A stretch of DNA of 60,577 bases, filler included, from Circinaria calcarea (taxonomy: Eukaryota): the NCBI GenBank assembly GCA_051942165.1. It is 13 parts of 13 records of this genome, joined end to end, with 100 filler letters (N's around TTAATTAATTAA, not from the genome) between each part and the next. Parts side by side here need not be neighbours in the genome. Positions count along the whole stretch, not along the records: positions 1 to 4,582 come from JAVECS010002264.1; positions 4,683 to 9,264 come from JAVECS010002265.1; positions 9,365 to 13,938 come from JAVECS010002266.1; 10 more parts are not named here. One strand, given 5' to 3'. The stretch's first letter is position 1. Every line of letters begins with the position of its first letter. Shown here piece by piece: positions 1-11,992 of this stretch. The position numbers and the translations under genes were made by a program. The notes under the pieces were generated by a model. The model was not told the DNA's origin. It saw only the letters and a list, made by a program, of their open reading frames with translations, and ran no database searches.

Positions 1-355
1 TCTACCTCAGAACGATACTTACGTTGCATGAAACCCGTACAGCCTGCCCATCAACTCCCTGACTTTTTTGAGCGGCTTATCCTCGACTGTATACAGCCGA
101 GTGAATCGTTCCCGTTGAGCTTCCCATTCAGCAGCTGAATATTCGACGGCAGTTGCTTTATCGTTGGCTGTCAGCCGGGAGGGAGCCGCCATGGTAACAG
201 ATTCGCAGAGACAGCTGAACCTGCCTGATATTGCTCGACACCAGAACGAGGGAGCAGATATGACTGCATTATGTACTCGTATATATAATTTCTATTGTTC
301 GCGTGGTTCAATCGTGAAACTTATGGCAGCCTTGTGTACCAGATGATTAGCGCAC

Positions 356-1014
356 AAAAGTACCGCAGAAGAACAAGACTTCTGTATTTCAGGCTTTTGG
401 CGACCAATTGAGCGCCAAAGAACAAAAGTACCGCTGCAGGTCCCCCGGACTGATGAAACCCGTTGGAGGCTGAAGCAAAAGTACCGCACCCTCTTCTGGA
501 ACCTATCCGTCGGCGAAAAAAGTACCGTATGGTAGGCCAGGCTTAAGCGGACAGGCTATAAATGCTCGGATAACGCAGCAGAAGTACCGCTATCCAGGAT
601 TAATTGCATCTCGCCTAGACAATGATGCTGCAGCGGTTCTTTTGATCGAGGGAGTTGCAACGCCTCGCCTTCTCCCTCCAATGCGCAGCTCACCAGTTTG
701 CAAAAGTCCCCAAATTCATCCCAGTGTGTACTTCCACCTATCAAATTAGACTGTTAAAGAAGCTATTGAGGAGGCTTAGCAAAAGTGCCAAGTAAAAAAG
801 GACCGCCGGGAAGATCCTTATGCACACTCGATAGAATAGCCTTGGAAGCAAAAGTAGCCATACCCTCGGCATCCCCATATGTCGTTCATCCAGAGCGAGC
901 CTGCCATTAGAAGTAAAACACCTACAAAAGTACCCTTCCGTGCATATGGCAGTGGGTCATCTTGTGACCTGCATAAGTCTGTCGCTGACAGGAGTACTAT
1001 TGGCAAAAGTACCA
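356..1014 (+). repeat. Dispersed same-orientation array of an AAAAGTACC(G) motif (about 11 copies), possibly regulatory
   Basis: AAAAGTACCG at 356, 424, 477 and 518; GAAGTACCG at 581; variants at 702, 781, 796, 850, 926 and 1005; then TATAA at about 1031. Confidence 0.7.
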
Positions 1015-1191
1015 TAGAAGAAGTCATGGATATAAGGTCCCTCCTACTTGTCCTCGTCTTCATCTCTCCCCCATTATTCTCACTAGCATCTCAAGCAAAG
1101 TCTAAAGCCCTACCTCAATTACTTGAGTTTCAATTTTACGTCACTCGAGACAAGCAGTCCTCATCAGTGTTCCTACATCTCCCTATTTATA

Positions 1192-1541
1192 ATGCTTGCT
1201 GCAGACGTTATTATCTCCCTGGTCTTTGGGGTTTCCATGCTTGTCATCGGTATCATAGCCATTTGGCAGGGTACTCGTTGCTACCGCCGTCGCGGTTCGT
1301 ACTACATTTACCCTATGTATGTTTGTACTGATGGGATGATCCAGGCCAATCTACAGATGAGGAAGCTGGACGACGAGAAAGCCTTGGCACCAGCAGGATT
1401 GGAGATGAGAACCCAATACCACTTGAGACGCTGGGTACCACAACACCCCAAGATGAAGACGCCAGCGAACCCACCCCGTCCGATCCCGGCGAACAGAACA
1501 CGAAGACTGCGACCACTTTACACAAAGAAGTCAATCAGTGA
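1192..1541 (+). CDS. Small single-pass membrane protein (about 99 aa, one intron 1295-1344)
   Basis: ATG at 1192; hydrophobic segment VIISLVFGVSMLVIGIIAIW followed by RRR; intron GTTCGT...TACTGAT...CCAG; the spliced frame continues GQSTDEEAGRRESLG... to TGA 1539-1541. Confidence 0.65.
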
Positions 1542-2887
1542 ACCATGGATCACATCTTTCATATACTCAACGGTACTTACGGACTGGACGACCTATTGTC
1601 ATTACGTGTTCAGGACGCCACAATGTTCGAGGTTATGCATAACGAGATTCTTACGCTTCAAGATAAGAAATGGAATGGATGCAAGGACTATAACACTGGC
1701 GGGAGTGAGTAGGAGTATAACGGCACTGTACAATAAGAACTCACGAACTTGCGTTCGAAATGACGAAGTAATGAATGATTGGCGTCGAGATTTGGAGTAG
1801 GACTTGTAGTGAACATGTTACTCCTGTCTTGGCATCTTAACAACGAAGCTATTCTATTATGCATTAACCTTCGGCTTCTCTCATCAGACTTTGATGTGTG
1901 CTGCCGATCACCTGAACATTATCATACAACACCTCGAGGCCACATCACTGTTCAGCATACCCCTCGATCACTTACAGAACCCCCCTCCCCCTTTACCTCT
2001 CCTGCATCCAGACTTCCTCCTGACGGGAATCTTCTCCTACTTATAGCATATGAACCTTCCTCACTATCTCATACACATACGCATCCCCCTCCCCAGTCAA
2101 GGAAAAGATACCCACGACTCTCCTACGCAACTTCTCCGCGTTGGTGATCCCGGTCCACCTTCTTCCACCGTCCATCTACCCCTCCCCGCTTGTGCCCCTT
2201 TTCCCAGACACCGATCTCCCTTACCTCTAACCAGGCTATCTTGCAAAAGGGACTTCCCTTGCGCTATATCACGGCTAGCGCCCTTCGCTTACCATAACCC
2301 TGTCACGGGGTCCCCCTTGCGACTTCCACGGAAGGTTCGGGCTAGGGGGATATGCATATTAAGGACAGCACTTTAGCATAAAAAGCAACGAGAAACCCTG
2401 ACGCTTGACAAACCCCATGCGGAAATCGTTTTCAAAAAAATAGTTTTAGAAGAAAATAAAGAACCTGAAAAGAAGCGATGATTATTTCTGGTAATCGGTG
2501 CTAACGGTAGGAATAGTTAACTACATGTTCAAACAGGTCCAAGTACCCAACGGTAAGAATAACCAATTACATATACAGCAGATTCCGAGCATATATTTCC
2601 CATTACGAAGGAGTTTTTCGTTCTCTAAATCAAGCGATATGGAACGGAGCACTGTAACTTCTCACCAAAAAAAAAAAAAAAAAAAAAAACTTCCGCGTAG
2701 ACTATAGTATTCGTTTATAGAGGTAATTTAATACAAAACTCCTTTGTACGGGCCGCCGAATCTATCCAAATGAGTCAACGAGAAACCGAATCATAACGAC
2801 CGAATTCTCCAGAGAGGCTGTTTTTAAATCACATATCGATTTTCCGTCGATATCTTTTCCCCGATTCCTTTTTATCCTTTCTTTCAT

Positions 2888-3501
2888 CGGCAAATATCTA
2901 AAATAGCACATAGTTTTGGCCATTCTATCTGGAATAGCACACGATATCTAAAATAGCACATTTTTATAAATTACATTACACCACCTTTATTTCTAAAATA
3001 ACATGTTTTTAATATTAACTACTTCTTTTCGCACGATTCAGCGCGATCATCCAGGACTCTTTTCGAGCGATCTACGCAAAACGGCGAACATTGCCTCGCT
3101 CGAAATTCGTCAACACTAAAGAAACGGGGCTAAAAGAGACAACGCAGGAAGCGGGCGGCGGTCGCCACGGCAGCATTATCACAGTCGCGGTAGTCCTCGA
3201 CATCGCGGTATCGTGATAGAAGGCGGGCGGAAGGGCGACAGAGGGCAGTATTTACAGTAGAATTAATGAAATCATTTATTAAAAAGAAGATTAAGAAAGA
3301 AACTTAACTGACATACAGAATAATAGCTTTTCAAAAAGATGTGCTATTCCAGAAAGGATTTTAATTTCTTGCGAGAATATGCTATTTCGGAAACACGTAG
3401 AAACTTAATTTAATGTAATTTATAAAAATGTGCTATTTCAGATATTGTGTGCCATTCCAGATAGAATGGCCAAAACTATGTGCTATTTTAGATATTTGCC
3501 G
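2888..3501. mobile_element. Non-autonomous MULE/Mutator-like MITE (614 bp)
   Basis: Terminal inverted repeats of about 90 bp (CGGCAAATATCTAAAATAGCAC... / ...GTGCTATTTTAGATATTTGCCG), flanked by a perfect 9-bp TSD TTCTTTCAT (2879-2887 and 3502-3510); no transposase ORF. Confidence 0.9.
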
Positions 3502-4052
3502 TTCTTTCATTCACAACTTGCAAAGGGAGTCGGTTATATATATCCGCCGGCTCCGCCAGCCACCGGCTCCTGAAGGATTTTATTTTCCCGTTTCCGTCAA
3601 GCGGGCTCGCGCTTCATCCATTACAGTGTACGCGCCGAAGGGGGAAAAGATGGGCCTTCTTGGTTGTGAACCATATTGTTAGTGTGGGAAGGGGAGGCCC
3701 TTTCAAGGGATCTCTCTCTCTCTCTCTGTCCTCCCAAGACCTTGCATGCTTGTTTATAACAATTCCTTTGAGTTTGCTGACGGGCTTTACTATGGAGGAA
3801 ATCTTGAATACTGTGGCACTGCCGCCGGGGGCGTTGGAAGGAGGAGTTGGTGGAGGATTTGCTCACTGGGAGGGAGATCGGAGGAGGGAGGAAGGGAGTA
3901 GGGAGTTGGCTTGTTGTATTAAATATGTATATAAGAAGATTGATCGACCGGTTGTTTGTCCTTTGGTCACCTATTATTCTCATCCGTTTAGATTTAGCTC
4001 TTTTGTTTTTTATCTATTTATATTCAATTCCTTACAGCATCCTGCCGGCAGT

Positions 4053-4582
4053 ATGCATCTCATCCGCACCTTCTCCACTCTCATCTCCCTCCTCCTGACC
4101 ACCACCGTTCTCTCCTTTCCCACCCGCTTCCCGAGCTCGTCCTTCTCTCTCCTGACCCCCAACGACCTCTCGGATCCATCATGCCCAGGGCCCCACTGCC
4201 CCTTCCCAAGCACCCTTCCCATCCGCCATCTCCGCCGCGGTCCCGCACCCTCCAAAGTCCCCACAGTCGCCGACATCCAAAAGCAACTCCGCTTCCCCCC
4301 TAACGGCGCCCTCTTCTGGTCCGGCGACCGCGCCGCCGCCGCCAAGTACGCCACCCAGAAGGGCCTCAAGACCATGGACATGGCCATCAGCGGGCCCACG
4401 CCCTGGAACACAAAGTGGCTACAGGAGCCCAAGATCCGCGACGAGTACTGGGACCGGGCCAGCACGGCCATGGTCAATGTCCTGTCGGGAACGGTGCATG
4501 TCATGTTACGGGGGGGACTTAAGGATCCCATCGCGCATCCGGGGACGGTGTGGACCCGCATGGAGTGGCCGGCCATCCAGAA
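4053..4582 (+). CDS. Secreted CD38/ADP-ribosyl cyclase-like NAD+ glycohydrolase candidate (3'-truncated at contig end)
   Basis: Signal peptide MHLIRTFSTLISLLLTTTVLS, pro-region ending LRR, then ALFWSG, KTMDM, YWDRAS, GTVHVML and GTVWTRMEWPAI, collinear with the CD38 motifs LLWSR, TLED, FWKTVS, VVHVML and STFGSVEVHNL. Confidence 0.65.
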
Positions 4583-4682
4583 NNNNNNNNNNNNNNNNNN
4601 NNNNNNNNNNNNNNNNNNNNNNNNNNTTAATTAATTAANNNNNNNNNNNNNNNNNNNNNNNNNNNNNNNNNNNNNNNNNNNN
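4583..4682. other. Artificial contig spacer N44-TTAATTAATTAA-N44 (first of 12)
   Basis: Identical 100-bp linker with stops in all frames at 4583-4682, 9265-9364, 13939-14038, 18613-18712, 23282-23381, 27947-28046, 32611-32710, 37274-37373, 41936-42035, 46598-46697, 51260-51359 and 55919-56018. Contig lengths never increase along the window (4582 down to 4559). Confidence 0.99.
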
Positions 4683-4690
4683 GATGAAAG

Positions 4691-7600
4691 ATGAAGTTCG
4701 GACGAAATCTTCCTCGCAATCAGGTGCCCGAGTGGGCATCGTCCTACATCAATTACAAGGCTCTCAAAAAGCTCATCAAGGTAGCTACAGACACAGCCAA
4801 ACATGGAGGAACCATTGATACAGCTGGTCTGTCACATTGCTCCATGTGGCCTCATCGGGTTTACTAATCCAAAGCAGGATTCTTCTACTCCCTCGATCGA
4901 AATCTTGAAGATGTCGATACATTCTACAACAAGAAATTTGGCGATGTGGTCCGGCGGTTAAAATTACTTCGGGACCAGTATGGCAGAAGTACAGACGAGA
5001 CAGGTGAGCTTGATCGAGACGAAATGGAGGATCTCATGGCAGCCTTGCTAGAATTGCGGGGAAGCCTCAGAAAGCTGCAGTGGTATGGGGAGGTGAACCG
5101 GAGAGGGTTCATCAAGATTACCAAGAAACTGGACAAAAAGATACCTGGGGTGACAGCCCAGAGGCGTTACCTGGAGTCGAAGGTGGACCTCAAGCCGTTC
5201 GCTACAAACGTTCGATTAACGGAGACCATTAACACCGTTAATGATTGGCTGTCCGCCCTAGGAGACCACAAACTCGTCGAGGAGAGTAGCTCCACGCACT
5301 CAGGCAAATCAACCCAGCATGTGTCGCTAAAGGCGGTCTTCAGCCTTGTCCCGGGTCTCGTGGACTCCGTAGATCAGTCAATACGAGAAGACGATGGCAC
5401 GCAACTGGTGATATCGCTAGAGAAAGCTAGCGCGGTGCTACACGAGACAACAGACTATTCACATCAAAGGTTGCTCTTGAGCTTATTGCAACGGTGCATC
5501 TCCTCTCGATCCAAGGATTGTATCGCAAAACTTCTAGGCTCGATCTCAACGTTGGAGGAAGTGGACGATATGAATCGTCGGAACTGCTTACATCGTCTTA
5601 TTATCTCTATGAACCGTACAATAGTCACTGGAGGCGCAGAGAAACTACAAGATAACTCTTCGAATGGAACAACAAGTAATATAAATTTTATCACACCGGC
5701 CGCACCACCAATTCTAAGCCCTCCCTTGTGTGATTCGAAGGAAGTTGATGGCAACACTAGATTCGGCAGAGACGACAAAACTGTTGCCCTCCTCGAATAT
5801 CTCTTGGACGCACTGAGTCCTGAGCAGAGACCGGCCCTGCAAATGAGGGATATATACGGTCGTATGCCATTGCATTACGCTGCTCAATATGGATTCGTTG
5901 TCGTCTGCCAAATCATCATATCACACATGCAAAACTGGGGCCAGTTCCAAATTGCCGATGGAATCGATGCACCCTTTTGGCAGGATGCTGAAGGGTGTGC
6001 GCCATTGCATCTAAGCGTCACCGGCGGCCACGCTCTCACCACAAGGGTTCTACTCGAGGCTGAAGATTGGAAAGGGGCCAATGATCGCAAGGCGGTTGTC
6101 CGTGAGCATATGTCAAAGTTCGGTGAAGTTTTGGCCCTTGCCACCAAGAGCAATTTTGTGGCCATTGTACAGTTGCTGGTGGAGGCTGGAGTGGATCTTA
6201 ATTATCAAGATAATCAAGGCGAAACCGCTCTCCATGTGGCGGCGAGGTTAGGGCATCTAGAATGTGCTGGAGTATTGTTGACAGGATCAGGCGACCAGAA
6301 GGCTGATACTGAAGCGGCTGAATCTACTTTTGGGTGGACGCCTCTCTTTGTGGCCTGTGTCGATGGGCAGATGGGGGTTGTAGAGCTTCTGATCAAAGCT
6401 GGGGCCGATCTAGAAGCTTTGGATGCTTCCGGATGGACTGCGAAAGAGCATGCTGCATTGAGAGGTCATATGGATATCGCGAGACTCCTGACAGAGAAAA
6501 CATCAACACTCAACCAATCCGTTCAAGGATCTCCTACCAAAGCATATGCCTCGCCTGCTCAATCCTTATCGCTCACTGATCGGAAATCGAACAGCGCGTT
6601 ACGTATCACAGAGCCTGTCAAGACGTTTGGACATCGCTACCTGACCAATGAGAGTATGGTGCTGGTAAGCCTTGGTACAATGGATATACGTAAGACAGTT
6701 GATGTCGTTACTTTGGACCGCATCCCACTTGCTGAAGCGCACTCTACTCAACTTGACACGGCTTTATCCCTTGTTGTGTCTGCACTAGGAGCTACCGGCG
6801 AACCTTCGATAGTGGACCTTCCTGTTCATGATAACGTCAGTACCGATCCTATCGTCTTTACTGCGACAGATGCTACGAAAGTAAAGCTTCTTTTCGACAT
6901 CGTGCCCACTTATGCAGGATCGAAAGATCAGATCGTTGGGCGTGGTGTCGCCCTATTGTCGAGCATCAAACCGAGCATTGGATCAAAGCGTATTACTCTG
7001 CAAGGAGATGTGACTGTACCGATAATAGCAGCTCATACCCTCGAGGTCATTGGGTCTGTCAACTTTAACTTTCTCATCATCACACCTTTCAAACACCCCA
7101 ACATGTCAATCACTGAGAATCAGACGTACTGGAAAAGTATGACTTCGACAATGGTGATTGGGCATCGAGGTGACTCTCCTTTGTACTTTCCTACCCCCGT
7201 CCGACACCTAATAGATGTGAAGGTTTGGGAAAGAATATTGCTTCTCGAAAGTCACTGCAGTTGGGAGAAAATACAATCCAGGTACCAAAAGCCTATCTGG
7301 TATATCTGGATGCTGTGACTGACACGACAAAGTCTTTCATTGCTGCTGCCAACCTTGGCGCATCCTATGTTGAGGTGAGTCCCTTTCTTCCCATTTGAGA
7401 CTATGCTTGCTGACGACGTCTAGTTTGGTACGCTCTTGGTACATCGCTTAGGTGATCTTTCAAAGCTAACAAGTTGTAGATGTCCAATTGACAAAAGATC
7501 TTGTTCCGGTGGTTTACCACGATTTTCTCGTTAGCGAGACGGGTATCGATGCACCTGTACACACTCTGACTCTGGAGCAAGTATGTAATGTTCATCTGCC

Positions 7601-8746
7601 GTCATTCCACTGCTCTTGATTAACAAGGTTGTAGTTTATGCATATTTGTGATAGTCGGACGCCCCGTCCGTCGCGTCCAGCGTCTCCCGATAAATTCATA
7701 GATCCAACGATGAGGAATCCCAAGACCTCAGATCAGCGCAGACACCGCTCTATGTCCGTCGGTACATCTAATAAAGACGAATCATCAGATATGAGCGAAA
7801 GGATGAAGCATACTCGCGACTTCAAGAGGCAGGGCTTCAAAGGTAACAGCAGGGGTAATTTTATTCAAGCCCCGTTCACCACCTTGGAAGAAATGTTCAA
7901 GATGGTACCCCAGTCCACTGGGTTCAATATCGAGATGAGTAAGTACAGTACATTCCTTTGCAGTTAGTGTTTGTTTTAATAAGAGCTGGTTGCCTCCAGC
8001 GACGCTCCGCTCCTGGATGAGTACCAGTGCCTATGTACCCGAGATTGAACCGTGGAAACGGTCACGTGGCACCCTAATTCTCAATTATACATGTACATCT
8101 ACTGCCTCTCGACCCAACAGTATTGACGATGTCTTCTGCACGCGCTTTTTTCAGGGCCTAGTGACGCTGATGATACATTATAGAATACCCCATGCTGCAC
8201 GAGTCCGAAGAACAAGAGATGGATACCTATGCCGTCGAACTCAACTCCTTTGTTGACACTGTGCTCACAATGGTCTACAACCACGCCCGCTCACGCCCCC
8301 TTATCTTCTCGTCATTTAATCCCGACATCTGTCTTCTTCTCTCGTTCAAGCAACCGTCGATTCCGATCCTCTTCCTCACAGACGCTGGTACCTGCCATGT
8401 CGGTGATATCCGTGCCTCTTCCCTCCAGGAAGCAATCCGGTTCGCCAGTCGCTGGAATTTGCTCGGCGTAGTAAGCGCGGCTGAGCCTCTTGTACTATGT
8501 CCGCGATTGGTCAAGGTAGTCAAGGAAAGCGGGTTAGTTTGCGTGAGCTATGGAATGGTCAACAACAACCCGGAGTGTGTGCAGAAGCAGGTCCGGGAAG
8601 GTATCGACGCGGTGATTGTCGATAGCGTGTTGGCTATTCGGAAGGGGTTGACTATGGAAGAGAGCCGGGCTGGCGGAAAGACGGGAGAAGGCGAACGAAG
8701 CGACAACAATGGCGTGAACAATGGTTTACCAGCGGGGTCAGCGTGA
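4691..8746 (+). CDS. GDE1: Glycerophosphocholine phosphodiesterase (SPX + ankyrin repeats + GDPD), multi-exon
   Basis: Starts MKFGRNLPRNQVPEW (SPX domain); ankyrin repeats (GRMPLHYAA, GETALHVAA, GWTPLFVAC); after splicing, GDPD motifs VIGHRG, EFDVQLTKD, FNIEMKYP, FSSFNPD and GIDAVIVD; TGA 8744-8746. Confidence 0.95.
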
Positions 8747-9442
8747 CGAGGATGCGGAGGATTGGATTTCTGCTACACCCAATACCCCCGAATACGACTC
8801 ATCATCCTATTGCACGTGTCTTAGACTAGGGAAAGAAGCTGGGAGCTGGGAGCTACATTCAGCTTAGTAGTTAGCGATGGAGGCATTTGAAGTTGTGCTA
8901 TGGAGTACTTGTGCCGAAGAAGGCCGTTTTATATCAACTTAGACTTTGACCATCAGTGCTAGGACACGTTTTGTAAATCCAGAAATCTGGCCAAGTACCC
9001 CTCCCTCCCCTTTTGTGTTATACCACCCACCTTTTGGAGTAGCCCTGGCCTTTTTCACATTTTCCGTCACCCCGCCTTCCCGCCCATGTACCAGTACTTC
9101 CCCATCCATCCATCCATCCATCCATCCCTTCATTCCAACCCTGCCCTGCCCTGCCCCTGGGGAATATCATATCTATCACGTGGGGGCCTTCCGTATCTAT
9201 AATCTATAATCTATAATCTGTACCAACTCTTATTTTAAAAGTTACTTAGTTGATACCACTCTTCNNNNNNNNNNNNNNNNNNNNNNNNNNNNNNNNNNNN
9301 NNNNNNNNTTAATTAATTAANNNNNNNNNNNNNNNNNNNNNNNNNNNNNNNNNNNNNNNNNNNNGCCAGGGCCAGGTGATGATTTTGATTAGAATCTATA
9401 CCTATGTCCTGTGTAATCTAAATATTAAAAGAGAGCTTTTCC

Positions 9443-9540
9443 TATTCTATTCTGTTCTGTTCTGTTCTGTTCTATTCTGTTCTGTTCTGTTCTGTTCTGT
9501 TCTGTTCTGTTCTGTTCTGTTCTGTTCTGTTCTGTTCTGT
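9443..9540. repeat. (TTCTG)n pentanucleotide microsatellite upstream of nad1
   Basis: About 19 tandem TTCTG/TTCTA units. Confidence 0.95.
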
Positions 9541-9662
9541 TTTTTTCTAAAATATAGAAATATCTAGAAAAAAGTAAATATTTGTGTAACTTTTAACTAG
9601 AGTTTTGTTTAATATAAAAAATATACATGTATATTTTTTTATTATAACTTAAAAAGAAAAAA

Positions 9663-10763
9663 ATGATAAATTTACAAACAATACTAGCAATACTAGAAGT
9701 AATATTAGTGGTGGTACCTGCTTTACTAACAGTAGCTTTTGTAACAATAGCAGAAAGAAAAACAATGGCAAGTATGCAACGAAGACTGGGCCCTAATATT
9801 GTAGGATATTATGGTTTACTTCAAGCATTTGCTGATGCTTTAAAACTACTTTTAAAGGAATATGTGGGGCCAACACAAGCTAATTTTATATTATTTTTTC
9901 TAGGTCCAATAATAACTTTAATTTTTTCATTATTAGGTTATGCTGTAATACCTTATGGGCCTGGTTTAACTATATCAGATTTAGGTTTAGGTATATTATA
10001 TATGTTAGCAGTATCATCTCTATCTACATATGGTATTTTATTAGCAGGTTGATCTGCAAATTCTAAATATGCGTTTTTAGGTTCATTAAGAAGTACTGCT
10101 CAATTAATTAGTTATGAACTAATTTTAAGTTCCGCCATATTAATTGTTATATTACTAACAGGTAATTTAAATTTAACAATTAATATAGAAGCACAAAAAG
10201 TTATTTTTTTCGCAATACCTTTATTACCTATCTTTATAATATTTTTTATAGGTTGTATAGCAGAAACTAATAGAGCTCCTTTTGATTTAGCAGAGGCAGA
10301 ATCTGAATTAGTTAGTGGTTTTATGACAGAACATTCAGCTGTAATATTTGTATTTTTCTTTTTGGCTGAATATGCTAGTATTGTTTTAATATGTATATTT
10401 ACTAGTATCTTATTTCTAGGTGGATATTTAAAATTTTTTTCATTTGATTTTTTATTAAATGTTCTTTATTTTATAAATAGAATTAATCTTGATTTCTTTT
10501 ATTATTTTTTTACTGAAACATATTATAGTTTCCTTAATGCCTTTTTTGATGGTTTGGTTTATAGTTTAACTTTGGGCTTTAAATCTTGTATTATGATTTT
10601 TATATTTATCTGAGCTAGAGCTTCCTTACCTAGAATACGTTTCGACCAATTAATGTCTTATTGTTGAACAATTTTATTACCTGTTATCATAGCTTTTATT
10701 ATACTAATTCCTTGTATAGTGTACAGTTTATCTTTAATACCTAGTAATTTTTATTTAATTTAA
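9663..10763 (+). CDS. nad1: Mitochondrial NADH dehydrogenase subunit 1 (genetic code 4, intronless)
   Basis: [68 protein letters not shown]; uninterrupted when TGA=Trp; TAA 10761-10763. Confidence 0.96.
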
Positions 10764-11226
10764 GAAAGAAATAAAAAATGACTTAAATTCTAAACTATTT
10801 GCTTTACACGTAACACGTAGCATTATATAATCCTCCGAGGCTAAGAACTGAGTATATTGGTTTTTAATAGATCAAAATAGACAAGATCTAGTTACTCATG
10901 ATTATATTCAACAAACTATGCTCTTAAAAAAAACTAAACCAGGCTAACGGAGATCAGTCTATATCTAATATAGAATCTAGTTTAACTAAAATAGAGGATG
11001 TATCACTGGATATGATTGATATAAGGGATTATTTAGCTGGTCTTAGTAATGATTTGCCTCATAGTACTCCGACACCATGGGCTAATGTTTATAACGGTCT
11101 TGAAACAGCTCTTGGGGAGGAAGGAAATAACGATTTACCCCTAGCTCGTGTTTCTTTTTTTTTTAATGGAACAGAATTTTTTTAATAATCCAGCAACAAT
11201 CAGACAGGGCAAAGTTCATAAGAATA

Positions 11227-11439
11227 ATCAAGTAATGGTGAATCTGAGTTTCCTTTAAGTTATGACGCTCCAGATATTTAAGGATCAAAGCATAATATGT
11301 TTAATGAAGACTTAGAACAATCTAGTAACCCTAGAACGGAGCAAGAAGCATCAGAAGAATCAAGTAATGATGAATCTGAGTTTCCTCGTACTAAGGACGC
11401 TCCAGATATTTAAGGATCAATGCATAAGATGTTTGATGA
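11227..11439 (+). repeat. Diverged direct repeat of about 80 bp (11227-11307 and 11358-11439) in a decayed acidic mitochondrial ORF
   Basis: ATCAAGTAATG.TGAATCTGAGTTTCCT...GACGCTCCAGATATTTAAGGATCAA occurs twice. Confidence 0.85.
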
Positions 11440-11573
11440 GCCAGTTAAAGAAAGAACAATCAGATATAACTGAGCGTGGAGCAGTAACAGGATCAGGAAC
11501 ACAATAATCTATCTTAGATAGATGATTATGCAGATACAAGTACTGAGCCAATGGATCCTTTTGATCCTGATTA

Positions 11574-11725
11574 AATATGATTCATTTATAAAACCTGAAA
11601 GTGATTTGGAAAAAGGACAATTAAGATTGTTAGAGGTAGATAATAGGGTAACAATTCCAGAGTTAACTCACACACGGTTTGTAGTAGCAGGAGCTGATGT
11701 TATACACTCTTATGCGTGTCCATCT
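11574..11725 (+). pseudogene. cox2: Duplicated internal cox2 fragment (near-identical to 12414-12565)
   Basis: Encodes [50 protein letters not shown]; identical to the cox2 copy apart from a few bases at the 5' end; offset 840 bp. Confidence 0.9.
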
Positions 11726-11992
11726 AACTAAATATTTAATAAGTATGCCTTTTGTCTAGTGATTCTTTTTAGGGTGGTCTTTTGGAAACTATATAAAATT
11801 ATTCAAAACCCCTTTTCTTAACTATACATATTTTTGTTTTCTTGAAAGTTAATCAATGCTATTTTATTAACCAGGTTATAAGTTTAATATTATCCTAGTT
11901 TATTTTTTGCCTTAACTGTATAATTTATTCAATTATTTTATATGTATTTCTCTTTAAATCAATTACAAAAAGTTGGAGAATCTAATTTGAAT

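Noticed and set aside
164..346. ORF containing a repeated M(T/A)ALCTR heptapeptide with synonymous differences
   Set aside because: Short, TTG-started and with no other support; plausibly chance.
356..590. CRISPR array interpretation of the CAAAAGTACCGC repeats
   Set aside because: The repeat is only about 12 bp, spacing is irregular, there are no cas genes and the context is eukaryotic.
2667..2689. Poly(A) run as a retroposon tail
   Set aside because: No TSD or recognisable LINE/SINE body nearby.
3660..4052. Upstream extension of the ARC-like ORF
   Set aside because: Non-ATG start and low-complexity promoter/UTR-like sequence; the signal peptide begins at ATG 4053.
4627..4638. TTAATTAATTAA palindrome and ORFs ending in ...LIN
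   Set aside because: Synthetic linker sequence.
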